IMG/VR virus record: IMGVR_UViG_3300008111_000002
Coordinates: 1 to 64,000 of that record
Length of the DNA stretch: 64,000 bases
Strand: one strand, 5' to 3'
Shown here: piece after piece, positions 37,370 to 46,337 of the stretch
Numbering within the stretch: position 1 is the first letter of the stretch
How the letters are laid out: the number at the start of each line of letters is the position of its first letter
The notes under the pieces: model-generated
Seen by the model: the letters and a program-made list of their open reading frames with translations, nothing else
Told to the model about the DNA's origin: nothing
The model's database searches: none
Program-made: the position numbers and the translations under genes

Positions 37370-39017
37370 TTTAACCCCATTACAAAAAGACTATGCAGTA
37401 TATTTGCCTGCCATTAGTTCTTTTTACTCTACATATATAGATAAGCAAAGAAAAGAAGAATTTGTTTCTAAAGAACGTATTCCTGTAGGATTTGATCGCG
37501 GTATTGAAGGCATGAACTTTCTAAATCCCGAACAAGGTTATTTTTATTACAAGTACGGTCTGTATTCAGCAGGTCATGCACAATTAGACATTGAAAAGAG
37601 TCTAAATCAAGAACTAATGATACAACAAAGAGATCGTAGCAAAACTATGATTTTAGGAGATTCGGGCGGTTATCAGATTGGTAAAGGCGTTATTAAATTT
37701 GACTGGTCAGATTTTGAAGGTGAAAAAGCCAACAAAGTTCGTGAAAAAATCCTAACTTGGTTAGACGTTACTGCTGATTGGGCCATGATGTTAGACGTTC
37801 CGACCTGGGCCTGTGATCACATTCATCAACCCAAAACTGGTCTTAAAGATTTTCAAGACTGCCTTGATAAAACACGTTTTAACAACGAATATTTTATTAA
37901 AAAACGTCTTGGTGTTAAAGACGGCGGAACAAAATTATTAAACGTTTTACAAGGTTCAAACTGGGAAAACGCAGAAGCGTGGTACCAGGGTGTAAAAGAG
38001 TTTTCCGATACTAGCAAATACGGAGACAAAGCAGCAGAAGGATGGGCTATGGGCGGTGCCAATATGTGCAAGATGCCCGTAACTCTTAAACGTCTTATTA
38101 CCATGAAGTTTGACGGTATGTTAGAAGGCAAAGATTGGATGCACTTCTTAGGTACTGCTCAATTAGATTGGAGTTGTTATCTTACCTCTATTCAAAGGCA
38201 AATTAGAAAACATGTTAACGAAAACTTTACCATTTCTTTTGACTGCGCATCACCCTTCATTGCAACAGCGCACGGACTTGTCTATACCAATGCCCAACAC
38301 ACTCCCAAGCGATGGTCGGTCATTATGGACAAAGCGCCAGATACCAAGACTCTTTCAGAATCCAATTTCCCGTTCCCGTTTGAGTCAGAAGTTGGACGAC
38401 GTCTAACAATGGGAGATATTTGTTATTATGATTCAGGTGTACTTAAATCTGAAGATGAATTAGGCTTAGATCCAAAAACTGGAAAACCTATAACATTAGA
38501 TACTACAAATCCAAATCACTATCATATAGTTCCTAACCGCCTAAATAAGCTTGGAAAAATTCCAAGAAAAACTAGTTGGGATTCATTTGCGTATGCTCTT
38601 ATGATGAGTCACAATGTGTATTGTCATATTGCCGCTGTTCAACGTGCAAATCAATTAATGGATATTGAATTATACAATAAACCAAGAATGCCTTGGAGAA
38701 CTTATAAAGCTAAAATGAAAGACAATGATTTTAGCGATGAGATTAGCGATTGGGTTCCAAGAAACATTCTGTATTTTGACAGTTTTGTTGAAGAGCTTTT
38801 TGCCTGCAAAGATAAGGATACAGCATTTGAAATGATTGAGACTGCTACTACTCTAGGTTTCTTAAACGGTGTAGAAGGTGCTCGACTACGTGGCGGAGTA
38901 ACTAGTATTGCTGATAATTTATTTTATGAAGAAGGCGAAGAAAATAAATCTGCTTATCAAGATGAACGAAACGATGGAGAATTAGATAAGCTTGAATCTT
39001 TATTTAGAGAGGACTAA
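37353..39017 (+). CDS. dpdA: TGT-fold transglycosylase, DpdA-like (7-deazaguanine insertion into DNA)
   Basis: Ordered TGT motifs: GDSGGYQ, MMLDVP, NVLQG, GWAMGG, HFLG, SFDCASP (catalytic Asp), SHNV. No CxCxxC zinc triad. Clustered with folE and queE. Confidence 0.8.
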   Translation: MKQPVDLTPLQKDYAVYLPAISSFYSTYIDKQRKEEFVSKERIPVGFDRGIEGMNFLNPEQGYFYYKYGLYSAGHAQLDIEKSLNQELMIQQRDRSKTMILGDSGGYQIGKGVIKFDWSDFEGEKANKVREKILTWLDVTADWAMMLDVPTWACDHIHQPKTGLKDFQDCLDKTRFNNEYFIKKRLGVKDGGTKLLNVLQGSNWENAEAWYQGVKEFSDTSKYGDKAAEGWAMGGANMCKMPVTLKRLITMKFDGMLEGKDWMHFLGTAQLDWSCYLTSIQRQIRKHVNENFTISFDCASPFIATAHGLVYTNAQHTPKRWSVIMDKAPDTKTLSESNFPFPFESEVGRRLTMGDICYYDSGVLKSEDELGLDPKTGKPITLDTTNPNHYHIVPNRLNKLGKIPRKTSWDSFAYALMMSHNVYCHIAAVQRANQLMDIELYNKPRMPWRTYKAKMKDNDFSDEISDWVPRNILYFDSFVEELFACKDKDTAFEMIETATTLGFLNGVEGARLRGGVTSIADNLFYEEGEENKSAYQDERNDGELDKLESLFRED

Positions 39018-39020
39018 TTT

Positions 39021-39230
39021 ATGTATAAAAACAGAATTTTACATCTAACAGAGTCTCACAGATTATTAGATAATCAAATTAACGAAATAGAAAAGACTGG
39101 AAATTTTAAAGACGAAATTCTTTCTGAAATGAAAAAGAAAAAACTAGCCCTTAAAGATGAAATTTCAAGATTAACCAAACTTCAATGGGAACACGATCAC
39201 GAAAGTGTTGACTTTGATGATGATCGATAG
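39021..39230 (+). CDS. DUF465/YdcH-like small coiled-coil protein
   Basis: ESHRLLDNQINEIEK...MKKKKLALKDEISRL pattern. Confidence 0.65.
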   Translation: MYKNRILHLTESHRLLDNQINEIEKTGNFKDEILSEMKKKKLALKDEISRLTKLQWEHDHESVDFDDDR

Positions 39231-39236
39231 TATAAT
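39208..39236 (+). promoter_or_regulatory. Sigma70-type promoter TTGACT-N17-TATAAT
   Basis: Consensus-like, 6 nt before ATG 39243. Confidence 0.75.
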
Positions 39237-39242
39237 TGATTC

Positions 39243-39668
39243 ATGACTGAAAACGATTACGAACTTTTTGCTAATCAAATGGAAGAAAAATATCCAAAGA
39301 TATTTTCAGGCCGTTACGGTGGATTTGCTGTAGGCGCTGGATGGTGGCCTATTGTAGAAGCATTATGTAATCAAATACAACATCATATCGATTGGCGAGC
39401 TAAACAGAATGTTATTGTACCGCAGGTAGTTGTAGAACAGATTAAAGAAAAATTCGGCGGGCTTCGTTTTTACTATCAAGGCGGTGACGACTACATTCAC
39501 GGACTAGTGTCTATGGCAGAGTCTTGGGCTGGATACAGTTGTGAAGAATGTGGTAAGCCTGGAACTAAACGTAGTGGAGGATGGATCAAAACTTTGTGTG
39601 ACGAGCACGAAGCAGAGAGACAGAAGAGATACGAAAGTTATGCTAAACAAAATGGACTAGAACTATGA
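39243..39668 (+). CDS. Phage hypothetical protein with Zn-ribbon
   Basis: GWWPIV, QIKEKFGGLRFYY, CEECGKPG...WIKTLC. Confidence 0.7.
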   Translation: MTENDYELFANQMEEKYPKIFSGRYGGFAVGAGWWPIVEALCNQIQHHIDWRAKQNVIVPQVVVEQIKEKFGGLRFYYQGGDDYIHGLVSMAESWAGYSCEECGKPGTKRSGGWIKTLCDEHEAERQKRYESYAKQNGLEL

Positions 39669-39826
39669 AATGTAATGCATGTGGACTTAGCATTAAAGAA
39701 AGCGGGGTTGGATGCGATTGGAATCAAGGTCGTTGCCCGCATAGAACTCCTATGTTAACCGATTATCATTTTAGATATCTAAATCTTTTTAATTCAATCA
39801 AAAACTTTTTTAAAAGAGGCAAATAA
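39665..39826 (+). CDS. Small Cys-rich protein (53 aa)
   Basis: MKCNACG...CDWNQGRCPH; overlaps both neighbours. Confidence 0.55.
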   Translation: MKCNACGLSIKESGVGCDWNQGRCPHRTPMLTDYHFRYLNLFNSIKNFFKRGK

Positions 39827-40323
39827 TGGCAAACTGGAAAGTATCTCCTTATTATAAAAAATCTTGTGAAGAACACGAACAGTATTTTAAAGACGGTCAG
39901 ATAATTGTTCGCAAAACTGGATTTAGGGGTGCCAGTTTTTTTGTTGAAACTAACGATGACAACCCTCCAGAATTTGAATTTGATTTTGTTCCTGGCGGCG
40001 ATGGCCGCAAAGACAGTATCGATATGTATAACTGCGTAGGTAACAATATTGAAAATGTTGAATTAGATTCAATGTGGGACGGCTGCTGGGAAGATATTGA
40101 TTTTCCCGAGGACTTTGATGAAGATGAAAAAGAACGTCTAATGGAACAGATTGATGAAGAAGGTATCTACGAAGTTCTTGAAGGTAATGAAGGCTGGAGT
40201 CAAAACGAGTGCCAAGCATGGATTTGGGGACCAATCTTGATTGAGGATGAAAATGGCAATCAAGTTCGTATCATTGCAGCAGACGAAAATGGTAATGTTG
40301 TAGATTTTAAGGAAGAAGAATGA
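39826..40323 (+). CDS. Very acidic hypothetical protein
   Basis: Asp/Glu-rich 165-aa ORF. Confidence 0.65.
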   Translation: MANWKVSPYYKKSCEEHEQYFKDGQIIVRKTGFRGASFFVETNDDNPPEFEFDFVPGGDGRKDSIDMYNCVGNNIENVELDSMWDGCWEDIDFPEDFDEDEKERLMEQIDEEGIYEVLEGNEGWSQNECQAWIWGPILIEDENGNQVRIIAADENGNVVDFKEEE

Positions 40324-40853
40324 AACGTGATTACAACTCAGGTGTTGCAGACAGCATCACGTTCTTCACAGGCGTAGAAATTGAACGTACTCCTGCGTAT
40401 GGAATGAAGACTCTATTTGTAGTTAGTGTCCACGATCCATATATTATTATGGAACTTGCTCGCAATAATAATTGCAAACACATTTACTTTGGTGCTAATC
40501 AAAGTTTTAAAACTAAAGGCGTTAATGATGCAGAAACATGGCGCCCTTGGGAAGATATGATCTATGTCTGTCTAGATGCAGAAGATGGTTTTTGGTGTAC
40601 ACTAGACTTTGATGTATCCGAAACTGAAGGTCTTTTGGAGAGTGGACTTACAGAAAAACGTAGATTTATTCCGCAGATTAGTGTAAAATTACCTTATATT
40701 AATCAACTAGGCTATAATGCTACGTTAAAGATTGATGATAAAGATTTTAGTGCAACCAATCCTGGGGTATGGTGCCATAACCTACAGGACCTTCTGAGAA
40801 GAGATCGCTTTACAGATTGGGACCAATATGGCAAGGATGAGATACTCAAATAA
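40320..40853 (+). CDS. Uncharacterised protein in the deazaguanine locus
   Basis: FTGVEIERTPAYGMKTLFV, HIYFGANQSF, NPGVWCH; alpha/beta pattern; function not recognised. Confidence 0.6.
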   Translation: MKRDYNSGVADSITFFTGVEIERTPAYGMKTLFVVSVHDPYIIMELARNNNCKHIYFGANQSFKTKGVNDAETWRPWEDMIYVCLDAEDGFWCTLDFDVSETEGLLESGLTEKRRFIPQISVKLPYINQLGYNATLKIDDKDFSATNPGVWCHNLQDLLRRDRFTDWDQYGKDEILK

Positions 40854-41206
40854 TGGCAACTGGAAAGATTGTAGGGTATGCTAGTCAGGCAAAAATGTCT
40901 GCAATTAGACCTGCCCGCAAAATAAGGAAACAAAAAGTGAAACTTACATTTAGACAACGTATTCGTAATTGGTTGAATAATGACGATTACGAACAAGACA
41001 TTCCTCAAACAGTAGAAGCAGACAGATTTTCTACTGAGGGTATGCGATTACAAATTTATAAAGCCAGCGGTGGGTACGTTATAGAAACTCGCAGTTACGA
41101 TAGTCATAAAGATCGCAATTTTACAACTATGCACGTAATTACCGAAGATCAGGATCTAGGTGACTCACTAGGTAAAATTGTTATGATGGAGGCACTGAAG
41201 CGATGA
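40853..41206 (+). CDS. Hypothetical protein
   Basis: TAATG-coupled ORF. Confidence 0.6.
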   Translation: MATGKIVGYASQAKMSAIRPARKIRKQKVKLTFRQRIRNWLNNDDYEQDIPQTVEADRFSTEGMRLQIYKASGGYVIETRSYDSHKDRNFTTMHVITEDQDLGDSLGKIVMMEALKR

Positions 41207-41412
41207 ACATTAAAGAATTTACAGTTAAACAAAGTACAGGATTTGCACTTAAAGTCAAGAGTTGGAAATGTCTTAGTCCAGCAGATCTAAATAGCATTGA
41301 GTTTATTAACGAGTCCTATAACGATGATGGCGAAATAACTCATTTATCTACATACAATTTTTTCATGACTGATGATGAAATTAAAACTTTGTGCGAAGGA
41401 ATGCTTAAGTGA
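41203..41412 (+). CDS. Hypothetical protein
   Basis: ATGA/GTGA overlaps with neighbours. Confidence 0.55.
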   Translation: MNIKEFTVKQSTGFALKVKSWKCLSPADLNSIEFINESYNDDGEITHLSTYNFFMTDDEIKTLCEGMLK

Positions 41413-41804
41413 TTGTTAAACAAGACATTAGACCTAACAAAATGATTTGGGTGACTTTCCGTAAGGAAGGTATTCATAAATATCCTGCGGCTCTTACAGA
41501 TCCCAATCTAGCTACAGGAGATGAATATGACGTATCGTTTTTGGGTCACCCTCATCGCCACATCTTTCATTTCAGGGTGTGGATCAATGTGCTCCATAAT
41601 GACAGGGACATCGAGTTCATCCAATTCAAACGATGGCTCGAGTCGTTGTATAATGGTCAAGGTGCCGTTCTAAGCCTTGACTATAAAAGTTGTGAAATGA
41701 TGTCAGATGATTTACATGACATTATCAGCAAGAAGTATCCAGGCCGCGAGGTTTGGATTGAGGTCTCCGAGGATGGAGAAAATGGTTCATTCATCAAATA
41801 CTAA
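41409..41804 (+). CDS. QueD-like T-fold protein, DpdL type (putative 7-carboxy-7-deazaguanine decarboxylase)
   Basis: GIH...FLGHPHRHIFHF (LxxxHRHxF), RDIEF, SCEMM, VSEDGENG. Size and motifs fit the T-fold QueD paralogs found in deazaguanine-modifying phages. Confidence 0.7.
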   Translation: MIVKQDIRPNKMIWVTFRKEGIHKYPAALTDPNLATGDEYDVSFLGHPHRHIFHFRVWINVLHNDRDIEFIQFKRWLESLYNGQGAVLSLDYKSCEMMSDDLHDIISKKYPGREVWIEVSEDGENGSFIKY

Positions 41805-41819
41805 CTAAAGGAAATACCG

Positions 41820-42050
41820 ATGAAAACTGAAGTTGAGAAGATTTTTAATGATCTCGACGCCCTGTTGGACTTCTGCAGATTTGAACTTCTGCCGTACAAT
41901 CCAGCAGATTTGTATAATCGCCAAAGTAAAGTTTGGCAAGCTTACGAGGCATCTAAACGCCCTCGTCGACATTTCGATCGCAATGATCGCAATGGAGATC
42001 GAAAGGAGTGGAAGCCACGAGGCACTCAAAATTATCGGTCTAGACACTGA
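41820..42050 (+). CDS. Hypothetical protein with Arg-rich tail
   Basis: AAGGA RBS; TGATG coupling to the glycosyltransferase gene. Confidence 0.55.
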   Translation: MKTEVEKIFNDLDALLDFCRFELLPYNPADLYNRQSKVWQAYEASKRPRRHFDRNDRNGDRKEWKPRGTQNYRSRH

Positions 42051-43144
42051 TGACAATATTCCTAGTTGATTTAGAAGCAGTCGAAACTAGGTACACAGGC
42101 GAGTGGAAAAAACACTTGCCTGTGTTGCTACGAAAGGCAGGACACAATGTCAACATTATATCAGGTCCTACGGACATTCCTAGTGCTACCACTCCTGGAG
42201 CATTTCTCAACTTTGGCGGCACTAATATATATAAAGCTAGTCAAGTGGAGCAGATGGGCCGTTTATTTTGTAGCGGATCCGTTCATCCCGGCGACCACTT
42301 TATTTTTACTGATGCTTGGCATCCAGGCATCATAAACTTAAAATACATGAGCGAGTTACTGAGTATTCCAGTGACTACACACGGCTTATGGCATGCTGGT
42401 AGTTATGATCCCCAAGACTTTTTAGGGCGATTAGTTGGTAACAAACCTTGGGTTAGAAATGCTGAGAAGAGTTTCTATCACGCATTTGACCACAACTATT
42501 TTGCCACAGAGTTTCATGTACATCTGTTTATGAAACAATTACTTAATGACGGATACACTAGTGAAAATCCGTGGTGGAAACAAGACTGGGACGAACGCTA
42601 CGACAGTGGCAAAATTGTTCGTTCAGGTTGGCCAATGGAGTATATGGAAGATACTTTGAGTATGTATAAAGGTATGGAAAAGAAAGATGTTATTCTTTTT
42701 CCGCACAGATTGGCTCCAGAAAAACAATTAGATATCTTTTTAGACTTAAAAGATCAATTACCTCAGTATGAATTTATTGTTTGTCAAGAAAGACAACTGA
42801 CAAAAAACGAATATCATAATTTGTTAGGAGAAAGTAAATTAGTATTCTCAGCTAATTTACAAGAAACTTTAGGTATCAGTTGGTACGAGGGTGCTGTTGT
42901 TAATTCTATTCCAATGGTGCCCGGACGTCTAAGTTACAAAGAAATGGCACTAGAAGAGTTTACATATCCTTCAGAGTGGACAGAATCTTTTGAAAAATAT
43001 AAAATGCACAGAAAAGAAGTTGTAGATAGGATTGTTTACTACATGGAAAATTATCAATCTTTTCTACCACGCCTAAATAAACAGGTAGATTACTTAACTA
43101 AAAATTATTTTAGTTGTAATAAACTATTGGAGATGTTAAAATAA
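42050..43144 (+). CDS. GT-B (GT4-like) glycosyltransferase
   Basis: ILFPHRLAPEKQ and QETLGISWYEGA (Ex7E donor-binding motif); 364 aa, two-domain. Confidence 0.8.
   Translation: MTIFLVDLEAVETRYTGEWKKHLPVLLRKAGHNVNIISGPTDIPSATTPGAFLNFGGTNIYKASQVEQMGRLFCSGSVHPGDHFIFTDAWHPGIINLKYMSELLSIPVTTHGLWHAGSYDPQDFLGRLVGNKPWVRNAEKSFYHAFDHNYFATEFHVHLFMKQLLNDGYTSENPWWKQDWDERYDSGKIVRSGWPMEYMEDTLSMYKGMEKKDVILFPHRLAPEKQLDIFLDLKDQLPQYEFIVCQERQLTKNEYHNLLGESKLVFSANLQETLGISWYEGAVVNSIPMVPGRLSYKEMALEEFTYPSEWTESFEKYKMHRKEVVDRIVYYMENYQSFLPRLNKQVDYLTKNYFSCNKLLEMLK
43114..43142 (+). promoter_or_regulatory. Sigma70-type promoter TTGTAA-N17-(TGT)TAAAAT upstream of folE
   Basis: 17-nt spacer and an extended -10 TG. Confidence 0.5.
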
Positions 43145-43180
43145 TAATGTCATCCACGACTATAACTCGGAGAATAAAAA

Positions 43181-43921
43181 ATGGTTTATGAAAATATGTA
43201 CAAAAGCAATGATGAAGATTTAGATATCATTGTCCCAAGAGAAAAAAATATCAGCGAAGTAATTCGTTCACGAATTAAAGCAGCAAATGCTCGTTTCCAT
43301 GCAAATGATAATATTGCGGACTTTATTGAAAATGAAGATGAAGTAGATCAATTAGTTGACGAAGTAGCAGGTCAATTTCAAGGCGTTTTAAATTCATTAA
43401 TTATAGATACAGAAAATGATCATAATACTCAAGACACAGCTAGACGAGTGGCAAAGATGTTCGTCAGAGAAACTTTTGGAGGACGTTACAAAAATGTTCC
43501 AAAGGTTACGGCTTTCCCTAACATGGGCTATAAGAGTCTTTACACTACTGGTCCTATTAGTATCCGTTCAACTTGCGCTCACCACTTCCAAAATATCGTC
43601 GGTAGATGTTGGGTTGGCATCATACCTGAGGGGGAAGTTATCGGACTCAGTAAGTTCAACAGATTGGTACATCACATTTGCGAACGACCCCAGATTCAAG
43701 AAGAAATGACTACGCAAATTGCAGACGCACTAAAAAAATATGCCAAGACTGAAAATATTGCAGTAGTAGTTAAAGCAGAACATCATTGTATGACTATGCG
43801 AGGTGTTCGTGAGCATGAAAGCGATATGACTACTGCAATTATGTTAGGTGCATTTGGAACTGATCCGGCACTTAAACAAGAGTTTTATGATATCTGCCTA
43901 AGCATGAAAGGACATTCATGA
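43181..43921 (+). CDS. folE: GTP cyclohydrolase I
   Basis: DTARRVAKM, STCAHH, IGLSKFNR, QIQEEMT, AEHHCMTMRG. Confidence 0.95.
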   Translation: MVYENMYKSNDEDLDIIVPREKNISEVIRSRIKAANARFHANDNIADFIENEDEVDQLVDEVAGQFQGVLNSLIIDTENDHNTQDTARRVAKMFVRETFGGRYKNVPKVTAFPNMGYKSLYTTGPISIRSTCAHHFQNIVGRCWVGIIPEGEVIGLSKFNRLVHHICERPQIQEEMTTQIADALKKYAKTENIAVVVKAEHHCMTMRGVREHESDMTTAIMLGAFGTDPALKQEFYDICLSMKGHS

Positions 43922-44139
43922 ATTCCGTTGAAGTAGCAAATAACTTAATTAATCGTGTAAAAAATTTACAAACGTTTGAAGTTAAGCGTATGTTAGACGG
44001 TCCCATAGAATTTAGAGGTGGCCGCATTCCATTTGATATTAAAGCAAATCAGGAATGTGCATGGTTTAAAGTTGTAGCGTTATCTCAACAAGAAGCAGAA
44101 CAAATGGTTGACCGCTGGTTACAAGGAGAGGATGATTGA
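43918..44139 (+). CDS. Hypothetical protein
   Basis: ATGA overlaps with neighbours. Confidence 0.55.
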   Translation: MNSVEVANNLINRVKNLQTFEVKRMLDGPIEFRGGRIPFDIKANQECAWFKVVALSQQEAEQMVDRWLQGEDD

Positions 44140-44579
44140 TAGTTCTCAAACTTTTGGAAAAATTAGGCCGTAAAAGAATTATTATGGATCGTATGAGTAA
44201 CGAACCGTATTTAGAAAGATACTATCTTTTTCTTAAAGAAAGAAATAAATTTCCTTTTAATATTTTTTTACATAAATTTTTAAAAGGTGATCCGGATGAT
44301 CTTCACGATCATCCTTGGCCATATGCTACATTAATTCTTAAAGGCGGCTACTGGGAAACTACTCCAAGGGGAAAATTTTGGAGAGGAGCCGGCCATTTTA
44401 GAACTTGTAGTGCAGAAAGTTACCATCGAATTGAATTGGAACCGGGTGTAGATTGCTGGACACTGTTTATGCCAGGACCCCATAAAAGAGAATGGGGGTT
44501 TGATGTTAACGGTAGGTGGATACAACATGAACAATATTTAAAAGAACGTTATGAACAAGCTCATACTAGATCAATATAA
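44136..44579 (+). CDS. Cupin-fold protein
   Basis: DLHDHPW...ILKGGYWE...YHRIEL cupin metal motifs. Confidence 0.75.
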   Translation: MIVLKLLEKLGRKRIIMDRMSNEPYLERYYLFLKERNKFPFNIFLHKFLKGDPDDLHDHPWPYATLILKGGYWETTPRGKFWRGAGHFRTCSAESYHRIELEPGVDCWTLFMPGPHKREWGFDVNGRWIQHEQYLKERYEQAHTRSI

Positions 44580-45048
44580 AATGTCTAATCTAGTTTCTAA
44601 AATTGCTAGAGATATTACTGTTAGCGATTGGAAACCAGATTATGTTGTAGGTTTAACTAGAGGCGGACTAATTCCTGCTGTAATGTTAAGTCACTATTTT
44701 TCAATACCCATGCATACCCTGGGTGTAAGCCTAAGAGATCAGTTAGGCGGAGAAAGTAATCTATGGATGGCTGAAGATGCACTAGATTATAAAAATATTT
44801 TAGTTGTTGACGATATTAACGATACAGGAGCAACATTTAACTGGATCGTTAATGATTGGAAATCTAGTTGTTTTCCTGACAATCCTAATTGGAATAATGT
44901 ATGGAATCAAAATGTTAAATTTGCAGTATTAGTTGATAATCTATCTAGTGATTTTCAATATAGAATGGATTATGTAGGAATGGAAATTAATAAAGCAGAA
45001 AACAATGTTTGGGTTGATTTTCCGTGGGAGGAATGGTGGGCAAAATGA
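44551..45048 (+). CDS. Type I phosphoribosyltransferase (Gpt/Hpt-like)
   Basis: VVGLTRGGLIPA, PRPP-binding loop ILVVDDINDTGAT, WVDFPWE. Confidence 0.88.
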   Translation: MNKLILDQYKMSNLVSKIARDITVSDWKPDYVVGLTRGGLIPAVMLSHYFSIPMHTLGVSLRDQLGGESNLWMAEDALDYKNILVVDDINDTGATFNWIVNDWKSSCFPDNPNWNNVWNQNVKFAVLVDNLSSDFQYRMDYVGMEINKAENNVWVDFPWEEWWAK

Positions 45049-45431
45049 AACAATCTATAATGGAGGATCAACCTCCTTTTATTGAAGATAGTAAGGCACC
45101 ATGGGATAACTTACTAGAAGAAGACTTTCATGTAAAAGTTTTCTACGACAAGTATCCTGTTACAGAAGGGCATCTTTTATTTGTGCCTAAATATAATACT
45201 GTCGCAGTCTTAATGGATGCATTTGAAAGTGCTGTTCGTGATGGTATGCGTATGGTAGACGAAGGTACATGTGACGGGTTTAACGTTGGTTTTAATTACG
45301 GCAATGCAGCTGGGCAAACAGTAGGTTGGCCACACGTTCATTTAATTCCAAGACGCAAGGGCGATATGGAAGACCCAACAGGCGGAGTTCGTCACGTTAT
45401 ACCAGAGAAAGGAAATTATAAAAAATGGTAA
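45045..45431 (+). CDS. HIT-family nucleotide hydrolase
   Basis: PVTEGHLLFVPK, GFNVGFNYGNAAGQTVGWPHVHLIPR. Confidence 0.9.
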   Translation: MKQSIMEDQPPFIEDSKAPWDNLLEEDFHVKVFYDKYPVTEGHLLFVPKYNTVAVLMDAFESAVRDGMRMVDEGTCDGFNVGFNYGNAAGQTVGWPHVHLIPRRKGDMEDPTGGVRHVIPEKGNYKKW

Positions 45432-45610
45432 AACAAGGATCTAAATGGGGAACAGGAAATGGTAAAATATTTCAGGTAATAAATGTTATTGAAGTTGATG
45501 AACATACCTGGGTTTACTATCGAGATATTAAAGTAATTAACGAAGAAATTAAAGAATATAGTTGTTACATTGAAAGCTTTTTACAAAGATTTACTCCCCT
45601 ACCAGAATGA
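45425..45610 (+). CDS. Hypothetical protein
   Basis: Overlapping small ORF in the operon. Confidence 0.5.
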   Translation: MVKQGSKWGTGNGKIFQVINVIEVDEHTWVYYRDIKVINEEIKEYSCYIESFLQRFTPLPE

Positions 45611-45804
45611 ATATTATACAAATACCGTGGACCGGTTATCAAAGTAATATTTGGTGGAATAATGTTTGCGCTGACGTAGTAGAACACTTTGGTCTACCGG
45701 GAAACAAATACACTACAGAAGTGAGCGAAAATGCAATGAAATTTTGTTTCCGTGACGAAAAAGATGCGTTAATGTGCAGACTATTGGTAAGCGAATATGT
45801 ATGA
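45607..45804 (+). CDS. Hypothetical protein
   Basis: Overlapping small ORF in the operon. Confidence 0.5.
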   Translation: MNIIQIPWTGYQSNIWWNNVCADVVEHFGLPGNKYTTEVSENAMKFCFRDEKDALMCRLLVSEYV

Positions 45805-46337
45805 AAGAAAAATTTAAAAAAACATATATGGAAACTGCAAAAATTTTTGCAGAACTTAGTTATGCACGTAGATTACATGTTGGTGCTATTGTAGTTAAGA
45901 ATGATAGAATTATTTCAATTGGTTATAACGGTATGCCCGCCGGGTGGGATAACGATTGCGAAACAAAACAATACATGGATCAAGATGCCGGGGGCTGGCT
46001 AAATCCAGACGAAATAGAAGAACGGTGGCCGTATACAGAAGAAACGTTGGAACAATTCAGCGACGATACTGTATATAAAAAAACATCAAGATATAATTAT
46101 AAAACTCGTCCAGAAGTTCTTCATGCAGAATCAAATGCTATTGCTAAATTAGCAAAATCAAATGACAGCGGAGATGGAGCAGACATATTCATTACTCACA
46201 GTCCATGCATCGAATGTGCTAAATTAATCTATCAATCTGGAATACGCAGAGTATTTTATGGGCAAGGATACAGAGACGATTCGGGTATTGAATTTTTAAA
46301 AAAATCAGGAGTTGAAATTGAAAAGCTGGACACTTGA
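45801..46337 (+). CDS. dCMP deaminase
   Basis: VGAIVV, SIGYNG, HAESNAI and PCIECAK zinc motifs. Probable start is ATG 45801. Confidence 0.92.
   Translation: MKEKFKKTYMETAKIFAELSYARRLHVGAIVVKNDRIISIGYNGMPAGWDNDCETKQYMDQDAGGWLNPDEIEERWPYTEETLEQFSDDTVYKKTSRYNYKTRPEVLHAESNAIAKLAKSNDSGDGADIFITHSPCIECAKLIYQSGIRRVFYGQGYRDDSGIEFLKKSGVEIEKLDT

Noticed and set aside
37353-39017. Ordinary tRNA-guanine transglycosylase (tgt) for queuosine tRNA modification
   Set aside because: It lacks the zinc-binding CxCxxC typical of tRNA TGTs, is much longer, and sits next to DNA replication genes with a DpdL-like partner. A DNA-acting DpdA fits better, although this is not proven.
43145-43180. preQ1 riboswitch upstream of folE or queE
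   Set aside because: The leaders are too short or lack the preQ1-I stem plus A-rich tail pattern; only weak 3-bp stems are present.
45880-46110. Insertion inside dCMP deaminase as a mobile element
   Set aside because: It is a short in-frame loop of about 40 aa between conserved motifs, with no repeats or nuclease features; likely ordinary loop variation.
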